NCBI RefSeq assembly: GCF_000143415.4
Contig: NW_003314287.1
Coordinates: 62,001-126,000 of the forward strand
Reading direction: 5' to 3'
Source: Selaginella moellendorffii
Taxonomy: Eukaryota > Plantae > Lycopodiophyta
DNA length: 64,000 nucleotides
Of the stretch, positions 36,707 to 51,044 are shown one piece after another (position 1 is the stretch's first letter; each line of letters opens with the position of its first letter). The position numbers and the translations under genes were made by a program. The notes under the pieces were generated by a model. It was given only the letters and a program-made list of their open reading frames with translations, searched no databases and was not told the DNA's origin.

Positions 36707-39700
36707 TGTAACACACTTGAATTTGAAGCCAAATTCCAAGTCTATTACATTATGAAACAAGGGTTTGATACACTTTTAATTTTACAAGCACCAACTCCCC
36801 ATAGCTAACATTTGCACGCAAAATGGTATTTAGGATGATTTTGGCATACCAATGGTCTAATGTAAAGAAAAGGGTATCCCACCAACTAAAGCAGTATAGA
36901 GCTTAAACTTAAACCTAAGCTAAATATAAAACAAAGAGCTACATAAGCCCAATAGAGCTAAACTAATGTTTCAGGTGGTCGGATATCTATTATACATTTG
37001 AAAACCCTTATAGCTCCAAGCCACCCATAGTATTAAAAGTTAGTCTTTGGGACAAGTGTGAAAACTTATTAAATATGAAATGGTATTAAATTGCAAATTT
37101 GGGAGTAGGAACAACACCAAGGGTTCAAGACACTCTCTAAATTATATAGATATACCCTTTAGGTGGATCTAAACACTTACTATAAATAGCATATGGTTCT
37201 AAAACAGAACCAACATATAAGGTATGATAACAAGGGTGTTTAGCAGATATGGTAGGCTACCATATAACAATCTTGAGGGATTAATCTTAATATTATAAGG
37301 GTTCCCAACACTAGTAAGTGCAAGCAAATAACATAAATTTTTTATCACTGTATCAAGTATGCTTAACTTAATGATAATTTAGGATTTTCTTCCTTAGTGC
37401 CCTTCCAGTTTAAGTGTATATATGCTAGCTAGTTTCTCAACTAACTTGGGTGGAGATCATAAAGGGAATCAGTAGTACCAACCTTTTGTTGTTATGGCAG
37501 TAAAGAAAAAATGTCTGCAAGGAATACTTGATAAATATCTTTCAATACCCAAAGTCACATTTGCAACACTCTCTCCCCCTTAGAGAAGATTAACATCATT
37601 GTTGATACATACTTAAGTCTAGCAAACTATCAAGGAAACAACTTTGAATGTTAATGGAAAGCACACTATATGAGAAAGACATCAACTTAAATGAGTTATA
37701 AAACTACTTTTCATCTACGTCCAAAGATGTTAAAACTCAAACACTTTCCAGCCATCATCAACAAGGAACTAATTAACAAAGTTAGCCACCCTTGTTGCTT
37801 CAAGTACCACTCGGATTACAAAGGAATGATACATCCTTGCTTGCAAGGACATAGGGAAAGAGCTAGAGGCCCAAGTTCCCTTGAGCAAGAAATGAACTCC
37901 ATTGGGAAGATTTAGAATCTATTATAAATTGGCAAATGAAGTTGTTTAATTGACCATGCCCCTTTTTAAAAATGAGTCGAGAGAGAGGTAGGGATTTGTG
38001 ATCGGTCTATAATAGTTATCCCCATGGTTATGGATTGAACCCATGTATTGAAGTGCTAAAATCAACTTGGCAAAATTGATCTTAAAACTAATGAACGAGA
38101 GAAATGAAACTTTTGATTTTATAGACATACATTTTTTTATTGATTTGTAAGAATTATTACAAGATTTACAAGAGCTATTCTTTATTTTGATTCTCATACT
38201 CCATGACAAGCTCACAAGTATGCATAAGGTCCTAAGAGGCTCCCAAGTTAATTCACAAAATAGATAACCTTTTTATTTAATTAAATATTCTTTACCACAT
38301 GCCTTATAAGATAAAAGAATGGCCTCAACCTTGTACTAAAGTTCACCATTAACAACATTCAGAGTTGGACGAACGTCCAAAGAGTGGCCAAAGTCCCTAT
38401 AATATAGGGCTAGTAAACTGACATGAAACACATTATGAAGACTAGACATCTTTTTTGGAAAATTCAATTGATAGAGTATATCACCAATCTACTTCAACAT
38501 TTGATAGGGACCAACATATCTTGATAACAGCTTTCGAGACAAATATCCCTTCACATTTAAACTTCAAGAAAATAGCCACACCTGATCTCCCATGTGATAG
38601 AATACATCCCAACGATGTTAATCCTTATCACATCAATACCTATCCTGAGCTTTGGCCATTGCTTTAGTAGCTCTAGACCAATTTTTGACATAGCTACTCC
38701 ACATAAATCTCAATAGCCGAGACCAACGCTTCAGACATTTGTTTCGGTATAACAATTTGTTGAAAAACCCCACAAGCATTTCCTTGTAGCATCTTCCATA
38801 GGGAACAACCAATACCGCTATGAAATGTCTTGTTATAACAGATCTCTGCTATATCTAAATGCTCAACCTAGTTGTGTTGGTCTGCCACGACATAATACCG
38901 TAGATAATCCTTAACTTGAGCATTCACACATTTGGTCTGCTCATCAATTTGAGAATGATAAGTTGTATTAAACTTCAACTTTATATTAAATAACTGGAAT
39001 AGTATGCTCTAAAACTTCCCCATAAATCTCTAATCTCTATTTGAAATCATCTCTTCAAGAAGATCACAAACCCATACTAATTCATGGAAAAAACACTTTG
39101 CTACTTGCTTCACATTTATTGTTTCTACAGCTGGAATGAAATGTGCAATCTTTGGCAATTAATCCACAACCACCATTAAGTCCTCCAATCAGTTTGAACT
39201 GATTGTTGACATTGCCTGGAATTGAGCCTAACAACTCAATGCATCCAAAACAATATTGTCTTTACCAGATTTATAGATGATTTCAATATCAAATTTAGCG
39301 AACTTCTCTTGCCAACAAGCTTGCTTTGGCATAAGCTTCAACTGCGTAGCAAAGTAGTTTAATGTGTTATTATTTGTATAAACCTTGGTATTTCCACCTA
39401 AATAGAAATTGGATGAAATACAATAAAGATGGCCAATGCACAAGAATTAGATGTTTGCTATAGTGTTGTCATCATAATATATAAGATAACAAATGTGTCT
39501 AAATAATCTCTAAATATTATATCCATTATTGTACTGAACGTTGTTAGAGCATTACATAACCCAAATGGCATGACAAGAAACTCATATGATCCATTCTAAG
39601 TTTTAAAGGTTGTCTTTTGCACATCCTGATCTACCACTCGTATCTAATGATACCCGGACCATAAATTAAGTTGTGTAAAATACTTAGCCTTTAAGAGTTG

Positions 39701-42700
39701 GTTAAACAAGTCATCAATGCGAGGCAAAGCATAATTTTTTTGACTGTGATTTTGTTGAGTGCCCAATAATCGATACACATCCTCATGGTTCCATTTTTTT
39801 CCATAACAAAAAGGATTAGTGCTCTATAAGGTGACTTGTTTGGTTAGATATGACCTTTGTCAAAAAGTTCTATAAGTTACTTTTTGAGTTCAGCCATTTC
39901 TTTGATGTTCAAATGATATAAAGCCTTCATAAGTGATTTAGAACCCAAAACAATCTCAATCTGATAATCAACTTCACGGCTAGGAGGTATCTTTAGCAGC
40001 AAATCCTTTGGAAAGATATCTTGATTCCATACTAACAACTCTAATATTTCTTTTAGTACAAGATCAACCCCATCACCAATCAAATTGAGTCACCATCACC
40101 CTCAGCTTCCATCACTTGAACGCAAAAAGTCCAACATCCTTCCTTAGCTGCTTTTTGAGTGGCTCTCGCAGTTAAAAACTTAGCATCCCAATCCTTTAAG
40201 GAGTGCTTTTACAATTGGAAAGACACATCAAGACATCCTTCTGACCTCAATGTGATATGACTTTGTGTAGCTCCTTAAATCCCTTTTTATAAATTTGTCA
40301 AAGAAATCCATACCACACCATATGAAAATTTGGTATCTTTAACACCACCAAATCCAATATTTCTTTCCACTTGGATATTTTTAGTAGAATATAAGTCATA
40401 AATCTTCTAGCTGCTTACCCACCTTTTGCAAATTGGAAGTATATGGATAACCTTTGCTCAATTTTCAATCCTAATAACTTTACTAAGTCTTCAAATATCA
40501 TGCTATGTGTAGCTTTTGTATCAATCATTAATTGGTTTTGGTGTTCATGGATAAAGCCTATTAGATATATCAATAGATTAGTGTTTGCATTGACTATGAG
40601 AAAAGCTTGAGGAAAGTAATGAAAGTAACTCACCTCCTCTTCCTCACAATCTGCATTGACCAACTCATCAACCCCCTCAGCTTCACCACCATCATCTTCC
40701 CTTATGATATTAACACAAGATCTTGTCCTATGCTTGTTAAGACACATTCCAAAGACCTATATCCTATCTCTTCATAATGGAAGCAATGACCCACATTACT
40801 CATTCTGCTAGGAGCAAGTTTTGCAAGTTGCTACTACTTGTACTCGTTAGAAAGAGGAATAGAGAGAAGTTGCTAGTGATCGCTAATAACCATGTTGCTT
40901 GTGAGCCTCTAGGGCAAACCCAAACTTTCTAAGAAATAATTTCAAGCATCTTTGTCACTCATATTTGCAATCATAATATGCTCTAAGCAAATGCATTAAT
41001 GTAATGCATAATGTCCCCTCGCTGCTTTAACCACCACAACTCTATGCAAAGTCTCAAACCAAGATTGTTTGATAAGTATTCCTTATAGATACGAGACTGC
41101 ATCTTAGTCCAACTTCTAATGCCATCAAGTTTTGGCATGATCGGTGAGAAAGGACTCCACACACACAACTGTCATACAATTACTTATGTCTGCTGATATA
41201 AAATTGTTTTCCATATCATAGACTCAATCTTCCAAAACCTAACAATATTATATGCCTCTGAAATTAAGTGGTTTTGGAGGCTTGCTTAGGTTTAGCTAGT
41301 TTAGCTACCTTAGCTTCTTTCTTCCTCCTTTTGTTTTCCTTTTTCAATTTGCAAACTTCTTTTTACAAATTCTCAATCTTATTTCCTAAGCTATATACTA
41401 CAATGTTGTAACATTAAGCTCTTCCTCCTTTGATTCAACCTTAGCCTCTTCCATAGCAGGAGTTTCCTCCTCTCGATTTGTCCATTTAGAGGTTTCAGCA
41501 TCATCAATATGGTTCCTTTTCACCATTTTGCTAAGTGTATGTATGCCTCTATCAGTAATTGAACATACATATAATGTTCTTATCAAATGGTGCAATCCAA
41601 TTAATTCTACACAAGTCATTTTGGATCTACTAGAGAATTCTCTGCATATGCAAATTGAGTTAGAAATTTTGACAAAAGTTGGATAAAAATCATTGAGACA
41701 ATTCTTCTGATACCGAATGTAGCACATTTGAATTTAGAGCCGAACTCCAAGCCCGTTACACTACAAATAAGGGTCTAATACACTCTCAATCCTATGAGCA
41801 CCATCTCCCTATATCTAACATCTACATGCAAAATAGTGTTAGATGGTGTTTAGCACAATTTTGGCATACTGATGGCTTAACGCAAGGAGAAGGGTACCCC
41901 ACTAACTAGAGTAATGTGGAGCTTGGGTCTAGACCCAAGCCAAACGCAGAACAAGAAGCAATATAGCCCAATGGGAACTAAATTAATATCTTAGATGGTC
42001 AAACATATATTCCAACCACTATCCCTATTATATACTTGGAACCCCATATCCCCCCACCCTCCACACACACATGTGATTTAGGCTTTAACCTTTAGTCTCC
42101 CTTAGTACCAGGAGTTAGTCTCTGGGACAAGCATGAAAACTTACTAAATAATATTACAATCTAAATAGTATTTGGAAGTTATACCCTAAAATTCTTAACT
42201 AATAAAGAAAAGGGTGCAAATATCATTATATGGCAGTTTACCATGTCTACTATACACTCTCATTATCATGCTTTATATGTTAGTTCCATTCCAAAATTAT
42301 ATACTATTTATAGTAAATATCCAGATTTGCCTAAAGGGCATATCTACAGAATGTAGAGAGTGTCCTAAACCCTTGGTGTTGTTCCTGCTCCTAGATTCAC
42401 AACCTATACCATTCTAATTCTATCAATAAGAGGAGACTATTGAGGGATTAATCTCAATATCGTTATCAACATTAGCAAGTGTAAATCAATAATATGAATT
42501 TCTTATTATCGTGTCAAGTATACTTGACTTAATGATAACTTAGGATTTCCTTCCTTAGTGCCCTTTTGGTTTAAGTCCATATGTGCTAGCGAATCTCTCA
42601 ACTAATTTGGGCAGAGACCACAAAGGGAACTAGCAATCTTAATCTTTTACTGTCATAATAGTAAGGATAGAGTGTTTGTAAGGACTAGCTAACAAATATC

Positions 42701-42729
42701 TTTCAATACTTGAAATCACATTTGCGATA
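36707..42729 (-). mobile_element. Full-length decayed Ty3/Gypsy chromovirus; LTRs about 36707-37567 and 41718-42729
   Basis: Direct-repeat LTRs, TSD TAAAC (36702-06 and 42730-34), Met-type PBS remnant near 41705-41716 and PPT AGGGGGAGAGAG. Remnants of PR (LMIDTKATH), RT, RH (FDIEIIYKSGKDNIVLDALS) and INT. Chromodomain YKVEAIL...EYLIK*KGY...TWEP at about 38230-38350. Confidence 0.92.
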
Positions 42730-43112
42730 TAAACCTTATATCATCTCTTCTTTTCAGAAGAATAAAATATAGTTAGGGTCTCCTAGTTGATAAGTTAAAA
42801 TTTAGAGAAACTTTAAAAGAAGGCTTTAGTGGGTTTGTATATAATATAATTTATCTCTAATCCCTTTGTATAAAGTGTTTTAGCCATTAAAAATATAATT
42901 TATTTGTTAAATATTATAGTAAACTTCATAAACTACTTGTTATAACACTTGATATAATCAATTTCCATTAAGCAAGGAGCCCCTTAAATAAATTATGTAT
43001 TGTAAGATTGGGATACTTATATTATAATTGTGGAATTTATATCAATATTTTAACTTTAAATAATAAATTTAAATATTTTAATCATAAATTCTTACTAGAA
43101 TCCAATATCAGA

Positions 43113-43116
<4 letters not shown>

Positions 43117-43150
<34 letters not shown>
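43117..43150. repeat. (TA)n microsatellite
   Basis: Direct reading of the sequence. Confidence 0.9.
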
Positions 43151-43155
<5 letters not shown>

Positions 43156-43858
43156 CTTTATCTGATTATATAATGATTTTTTAATTTTCATTTAATATTT
43201 CATTTTGAAAATAACTAAAATAAAAAATATTAAAGAAGTTAACTTTTATTTTAATCATTATCACTCTAAAATTAGTATTTTAATGATTAAAACAACAAAA
43301 TCAAATACCTATTATAAGGTTAAGCTGTATAGGTACACTAATATTAGGACTTTGATATCCATTAGATTGATTTAATTCAGACCACTTGCTATTATATATA
43401 AATTAATGTTTTTTAGGCTAATTAGATATGCACATTTTTATATTCCATTTCCATATTCTGTGAACTTATATTGGTGGGGGTGAAGAGTAACTCTGATTAT
43501 CCTTGGAAAATGCTTGGATTTATGTTTTTTATTTAGATCTAGGTTTTGTATTATTTAAATGTCTCTTATTCCCTTAGCTTTTTCATTTCTTCACTTTTAC
43601 TTTTCAAGTTTTTTTTTTCAATCATCTTTATGGTAGAATGACATACTATTAACTCTAGAGCAATAATTGGTGTAATTGCTCAATGCTATATAGTTGTAGT
43701 TGACCAATAAAACTCAATTGATAGTAGTGTTCATAGCATATGATGCAACTCATCTAGCTCTTGCTGTCAATCTTTGCATCTGGCCAAATTTTTTTACATA
43801 AGAATTTTGGGGATGATATTTATCATTGGTTTGATCATTTTATAATAATTGCCATTTA

Positions 43859-45006
43859 TGTCGCGAATGTGATTTCAGGTATCGAAAGTTATCTGTCGGC
43901 TAGTCCTTACGGACACTCTTACCTTACTGCCACGATGGCAGGAGGTCGGTATTGCTGGACCCTTTATTAGTCCCTCTTGTTCAAGTGTTAGTAAACTGGA
44001 CTTTGCATCTGTACTTGGCTGGATGAGCATAAGGAAGGAATTCCTAAGTGTCTATTTAGCTGAGCATACTTGGCCCAGCTTGTTAGTTCTCTTTTGCTCT
44101 GTCTTGCACTGGCTTGACAAAAACCCTCGCGTATTGAGATTGGTCCCTCAATATCGCTACATGATAGCTTACCGTGTCTGCCAAACACCCTCGCTATCAT
44201 GCCCTTTGTGTTAGTCTCATTTCGGTCCCAAATGCTATTTATGGAAAGTGTCCAGATTTGCTCATTTGGCATATCTACGGAATGTAGAGATCGGCCTGAA
44301 CACAATGGTGTTCGTCTCGTGTCCAAATTCACAATCTAGGGACATTCCATATTTAGTAAGTTTCGAGCTTGTCCCAGAGACTAACTCCTGATACTAAGGG
44401 AGGCTTGGGGTGAAAGCCCAAAGCGTGTGTTCCTCAAGGGGGGGGGGGGGGGGGGGGGGGGGGCTATGGGGGGTTCCAAATGTATAGTAGGGATAGTGGG
44501 TAGGTCGGGCATGGCCGACCAACCTGAGGCATAGTCTAGCTCTCGCTTGCGTGCCTGTCCTTGTTCTGCGTCCGGCTTGGGTCTAAGCCCAAGTTCCATT
44601 CCATGCTAGTTGGTGGAGTACCCATATCCTCGCGTTAGGCCACCGGTATGCCAAAATAGCGCCAGACTCCGTTTGGCTCCATTTTGCATGCTAGTCCTGG
44701 CATTGGGATGCTGGTTGCTCCAGGACTGTTCCAAGTCGCTCCGGGCCCCTGTCCCTTCGCTCTTTGGGCTATATGCTCGAGAGTTGCTCCGTGGTTCGGT
44801 TCCATCACTCCTTGGCTCTATGCTTGGGAGTTTGGCACCGTTCCTTCGTTCAGTGGCCCAAGGCCCTGAACCTCGGGTTCCTGTGGACACGTGGCATGGA
44901 CACGTGGCATCTGTCACGTGGCACAAAGAGGGTTTAGGTTCCGCTTCGTGGTGTTATCCTATGGTAGATCACCATAGGATAAAGGGTCAAAACCACGTGC
45001 GCTACA
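43859..45006 (+). mobile_element. Solo LTR related to the chromovirus LTRs, in the opposite orientation
   Basis: TG...CA ends and TSD ATTTA (43854-58 and 45007-11). Homologous to the reverse complement of 41718-42729, with an internal poly-G at 44438-44463. Confidence 0.9.
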
Positions 45007-45509
45007 ATTTATTATTCTTGGGATGATGACTAGTGTTTGTGCTAGTTCCCTATGTACAGAAGGCATTGCAAAGGTATAATGGCTTGAGTGCAGCCATTTA
45101 TATGGATTAAAACCTTCTCTTAGATATCTTTAAGCATGCATCTAGACATACTGATGATTGTGATAATGCCTTTTAGCAATTATATCATTTCTATCAAGGG
45201 TTACTTAAGTCAATTATGCAATTTGGTGTTCATTTTTAGAGTCTCTTGCTCTATACAAAGTTAAATATATCAAATCTTTTGAGATTTGTGCATGCATTTG
45301 CCTTAATTAACCTTAACTCTTCAATTAGCACAATGATATGAGATATTATCTTTCCCACTTATAGCGTTCTATTAGTGTTATTGCAATGGAAGGTCAAGAC
45401 ATTATCTCTCCTATTTATAGCTTTCTATTAGTGTTGCTACAATGGAAGTTGCACAAATAGTGGAGGGACTAAATACCTTTATTTCTTAGGTTCTATTTCT
45501 TAAATGAAA

Positions 45510-45756
45510 ACCAATGGTGTGATTCTCATACCTAATCAATAGAGTTGGACTTAAGACCCCTCTAATACCAAATGTAAGTTCATGAATTTGAATTCTTGAG
45601 AAATCACTCAACTCAGTACTATTCAAACCCAAAGATGTTTAACCCCAAAACCTTAATTGATTGGAAAAGGGGGTGCATTTTTGTTCAAAGGCCCTTTTCT
45701 TTTATATTTGGACTTATATAAATCATCTTTCAAATCGTTCTATTTGGTTGCTTATA
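45510..45756 (-). mobile_element. Decayed Cassandra TRIM fragment (LTR 45573-45756 plus PBS)
   Basis: Homologous to 17040-17290 (cagtactattcaaacccaa, ttggaaaagggggtgca) with many C>T and G>A changes. Confidence 0.85.
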
Positions 45757-45779
45757 TATAACTTTTCTATTCCTCTCCT

Positions 45780-47700
45780 TTGTTAAATAATATGGTGATT
45801 CCAAATATGTACCCTATACTACCAATTTTCTAAATTATTGAAGTGAAGTTATTGGTAATTGAATCTTGCTTCCTAGTACTTACAACTTTTGATGGCTAAG
45901 AAGGATATTCCTAATATTACTTTTCATATACCATTTAGTTTGTACAAGTTGAACAAGGCTTTAATAATTTTTCAATAGATAATGGATAAGGTTCTTTGTG
46001 ATATGCCTTAATACATTTTAAGAGGATGTAGAAAGAGCATATCCATGATATTCATAAAGTGTTGGATTGGATGTAGAAAGTTTGTTTAAAGTTGAAGTGG
46101 TTAAAGTATGTATTTCAATCTAAAGATACGATTTATCTTAAGTACCACAGTTCTTGTGAAGATTTGTCAGTTGATCTTGACAAACCTATAACTATTCTAA
46201 AGTTTCTTATTCGAAAGTATGTGAATCATGTGTAATACTTCTTTCATAAAGTGTAATATCTTAATTAAATTATTGATCATCTTTCTGTTTATACTACACC
46301 ATTGCGAGCATTGATGAAGTCATCTAAGCAAGTTTGAAAACTATGAGTAAGCATTTGTAAATCTTAAAGAGGTGGTAATAACTGTAAATAACTAAAGAGA
46401 ATGACTCGAGAAATAGTCCATAGGGTTTAAATATAGAGGGAAAGGGCCCATGAATAAGAGGGCACCTCCTTTTCCAATCGATTTTGGGATACTTAGGGTT
46501 AAGTGTTTTTGGGTTTGAATACTACTAGGTTGGATGATCTCATGAGAAGTTTAAATTCAGGAACTTACATTTGGTATCAGAGGGGTCTCGAGTCCGACTC
46601 TATTAGTTGGCTAGGGGAATCGCACCACAAGTTGATTGATATCTTGTTAGTCCAGTTTGTTCCCACTGGGCTCAACCCGAAATAGTTTTGAAAAACTTCA
46701 TATGTATTTATATGGTTCTTGAATGTTGTTAGAGGGTTATTATAATGTTGTCACTTCATTATTGAAATGAAAGAGTACAACTCAATGGGTTTTAAAGCTT
46801 TAGATATATAATTTTAAGGTTATTAATCACTCAAAGAGTTTTATAGTTGATGGTTACACCTTTTCTCGAGTTTATTTTCCTTCTTGGCTCTCTTTTCATA
46901 TTTCTAATGAGTCTGTATTTTAGCATTAATGGATTTTCTAGCTGAAAATTATGTGTGATTGGACTGGCTGCAAATAATTATAAGGATAAAGTTCATCCTC
47001 ATGACAATATTAAGAATGTAAATGCCATCACATAGCCTTTGGATCTTGTGTTTTCCTACATAAGTGAGCAAAAGGGAAGTTGTAGTCTATAGAGGCTAAA
47101 TATATTGAATTCATGGTTTAACCCTTTAAGCCTCACAAATATTACATCTTATGGATGTTATATATTAAATATAGCAATTGTGTTTTCTCCATACTTACTA
47201 CAACTCTCTTATTTTATATGAATATATAGGACATCATAATGTGGCACAAGTCTTTTTATTAGCTGGAGATGCAACATAATGTTATTTAGTATGTGCCAAG
47301 TTTATAATACCCCCCCCCCCCCCCTCCCCCCCCCCCTTTCTGTACTATAGAAGGATAATTGAAGTTAATTGTAATTTCCTATTTATTTGACCTTGTGGCA
47401 TTTGATTTGATGGGGCCCTTTTTATATGATTATAATCTAATATTGTTAACAAGGTTAAGTTTACCTTTTGCAACTACCATAAGTTGCTAATACTAAGTCC
47501 TAGGATTACTATTTGATAGGCATTCTTCCATTAGTTCAAGTAAAGTTTACTAAACATTTATGTTGCATACAAGTGGAACAACAACACAATAACTTTCATT
47601 ATCATACATTTATGTAAATGAATTTAGTGTTGATTCATTTTCCCAATCTTATAGTATATAATTTATTTAAGGGGTTTTTTACTTAGTGGAAGGGACTATA
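45780..47700 (+). mobile_element. Decayed Gypsy pol (RT-RH-INT), same family as 15298-19610
   Basis: Segments match the reverse complement of about 15300-18300; interrupted by a TRIM fragment at 46383. Confidence 0.75.
46383..46680 (+). mobile_element. Truncated Cassandra TRIM (LTR 46383-46569, PBS TGGTATCAGAG, partial interior)
   Basis: Homologous to the reverse complement of 16990-17290; retains the 5S-like gttaagtg...tactaggttggatgatctc. Confidence 0.88.
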
Positions 47701-49808
47701 TCATGTGTTCTAGCAAATTGAACTATAAGTTTATGGAGTTTGGCATAACATTCAATAAACTAATCCTCCAAAAATTATGTATATATAATAGCTTAAATGC
47801 TTCATGGAAAAGAATTAATAACAAATTGCACTACCTACAAATCCACCATTGCCTCTTTTAATATTCATTTAAATCCTAGACCATCAACCTAAAGACTTTA
47901 ATTGCCTTCCATATTTCCAAGAAGAGGGGATGATATAAAGTCTATGATGCAGTGGTAATTTGATTGCCATCAAATTGGTTTCAATCAAGACCACTTATTT
48001 TTGTATATAAGCTAAGGTTTTTGGGTATTGGATATGCATATTTTTTTATCCCATTTCTAAATTCCATACACTAGCACCATTATAATATTAGAAAAATTAT
48101 TTTAAATTTAGAAATTAAAAATAAGAAAAGAGAAATGATGCCATATCCTATTACTAGCATAGTTGGATTTTGATACCTGTTAAATTAGTTTTGATATGAA
48201 CCATTTTCCTATATTTAAATTAGGGTAGAAAAAGCTAATTTCATTATCACTTATTCAAATCCATTTAAAGATTATTTGTGTTGGTAATAATCAATCATAA
48301 AGACTAATGAGGGTCCAGTTCAAAACCACTAGTTAGCCTGATAATTAAAAATTAAATAGAAAGTATGAACAACCCAAGTTACAATAAAGTGCAGCAGCTT
48401 TCAATTAGGCACAAGCTGAAATGTAAGCCTTCTCTTCCTTGACCTTCCCTTGCTCCCTATGCTTCATACTAATAGAGATAGCTGAGAACTTTTGGAGGGC
48501 CTCATTTGATTTACTTAGATCATGAGATCTGGTATTAAATTGCAAGGGCTAAAGTGATCTAGGGAAGTGGTTAGGCATCAAGTATAGAAATCATCAACTT
48601 ATATGCTTTGCATGCTTTGAATAGGATCTTTTCATGTAATGCATCTTTGAACTTTTCTTTTATGGACTTTTGTTCTTTGTTTATGTGCATGTGTGTGACT
48701 CTTAGGTTGCTGTAAACTCCAATATATCCAAATGTTTAGAAGGATCAACCTAGCTTCCAAAGTGTTTACTCTAAAGGGTTTACTTCCTAATTAAGGTCTA
48801 AAGTAATTTAAAATATGGTACTCAATACATGCATCTTGGTCTTTTTATATATGTCAAGTAAGCAAGTTTCTCCCTAACCATAACAGCATATCCTGCAAGA
48901 ATCCATAGTCTTTTATCTAGTGATTTGAGGAGTATTAAAAAGCAACTTTAATGCAAACATAAAGGAGATGTTGGAAATGGGTGTTATTCGGAAGTCGTGG
49001 AGTCCTTGGGCAGATGAAATCAAAACTCTTCATCTTCATTTCTAACTGCTTTTCTAGGCAAATTTGTGATTGTGTAAATGGATTTTATATTTAACATAGA
49101 TATTATTTGTACAAAATAAATATATCAAAAGAATTAATTTCCATAATCATTTATATATAGAAAGAACACCAAAGGTTGTCACATACTATACCAAATTATT
49201 CTAGAATTTTTCTAATAGTTCAAATAGTTATTACAGTAGTGATGTTGATTAATAACAACAATTGGGATGCATATTTTTTATCAAATTCATTCTCATTTTT
49301 ATTTTCTAAAATTAAAAAAAGTCCCATTTGAACGTTATATTATATTATTAACCAGATCATCTCAATTATAAAAAGAATATTGTAATAAGTGTTCAATTTT
49401 GTTCATTTGAGGTGAATGCTTGTGGCAAGGTGGAGGCAATTGCAATGCAACCCAGGGAAATATCAATCATGGCAAGTTCATCTTTCTCAAGGATAAGCTA
49501 TGTTCTTTGATGTTTTTGATTTGGAGATAAACTCATGAGTTACTTTCGTAATGTGCATTGAGGTCTGGTAATCCAAACATAATTGTCACAATTGACGGTT
49601 TGATTTTACTTTGAATTCAAAGATCCAGATTTTTTTGGCATTCTTAATCCATGTGGACTGTAGATACACACATAAATTTATATAATTTGCTCTCAGAGAG
49701 AGAGAGAGAGAGCTAGCTCCTGTATTTACAAGCATCTTTGAATCCATAGGCCAAACTTTTTGGTAGAAAGCTTTTAAATGGAGATAGCCCTTCGAAAAAG
49801 GAAATACC

Positions 49809-50626
49809 TCACTCTAGTATAGTCGGACGGTCCGGCATTATCCCATCCCTCCAAGGCAGATCGCAAATGCGTCGGTACTTTTCCGGCTTGATAGACTTTG
49901 CCTTAGCCACGACCTCCTTCCACTGTCGCAACACTTTCCCCTCGTCGCCAAACAGCTCGCGCAAGCCCTCACTCACGTAAGAATCAATCCCTTCGATGGA
50001 TACTTCCTCACTTGTGAGCACCTCCACCACTTCATACGGCTGTGGATGGCCCTTGATGGCATCGTAGCCGCAGAAACTCTCCCGGGGAATCACCTGTATG
50101 TGTGTGAGAGAGAGACGCAATGCAAACAAGGGAGTAGGGAGCGTGAGCTTACATGCATTGGCTGGCCTCGCAGCACCACTGGAAGGGCCCGAGAGATAGC
50201 ATGGTGGACACCCCACCACGAGTTGAAGACGAGAGTGATCGGGTAGAAGATAGAACCGGTGAGGAAAGAAACGCAACCTTCCAGCACTTGCTCACTCGAC
50301 CCGCTTGCTATCTGCACTGGCTCGCTCTCCCACTGGAGCAGCGTGGGATTGTCGGAGACGAGCTGCTGCATGCCACCCGCATCCACGCCCAGCATCAAGC
50401 ACAGATCTGGGCCGGAGCGCGGCGTAGCATAAGCCGACGCAGCGACGGATCCAGCAAGCGCAGCCACTGCTCCATGCTGCGACAGCCACGCCGTGAAACC
50501 CAACGCCGCATCGACTTGATGATGCCCGTACCACAGGCATTGTGCATCAGACCATTCGGTTACTCATCAGCGCTCCTGGCGCCAGATTTTTGTTGGCGAC
50601 CAGCACCCCAGCTCCTCAAGCGACAT
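49809..50626 (-). pseudogene. Degenerate nucleotidyltransferase-fold paralogue of 51045-51696; intron 50152-50094
   Basis: AALAGSVAASAYATPRSGPDLCL and FNSWWG...AI...VIPRESFC align with the partner gene. Clean 59-bp GT-AG intron; tandem TGA-TGA at 50569-50564 downstream of the putative ATG at 50626. Confidence 0.6.
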
Positions 50627-51044
50627 CTCCAGTGCACTTCCTTGGGGACGAACTTGGGTTTGCTGCTTTGCGGCTGCGTAGCGCAGCGGCCATGATGCCA
50701 ACATCACGCCAGCTTGAATTTTGTGAGGCTTGTGTGCTAGGAAAACGTGAGCTCGGCAGTCAGCTCAGCTTTTTCCTGAGAGTGACTAAGGAGGGTTCTT
50801 GCGGCATGGCTTCGTCACGGTGCGCGCCCCTGCCCCTTCTGAGCGGATGCTCATCGCTGTCACGAAGCAAGGTAAGCCTCTGGGCCTTTCATCTGTCTGC
50901 CATCTTCTGTTCCTCCAGCTCCCGTTGGATCTGCTCGCGGCTCCTGCTACGATTCACTTCCACACCCTGCACGGCCCGCGCTCCATCGGAGGTCGAGGAA
51001 GGGAGCCGATCCTGCCGTTTTGCGCTCGTCCACGAGTGGAAGCA

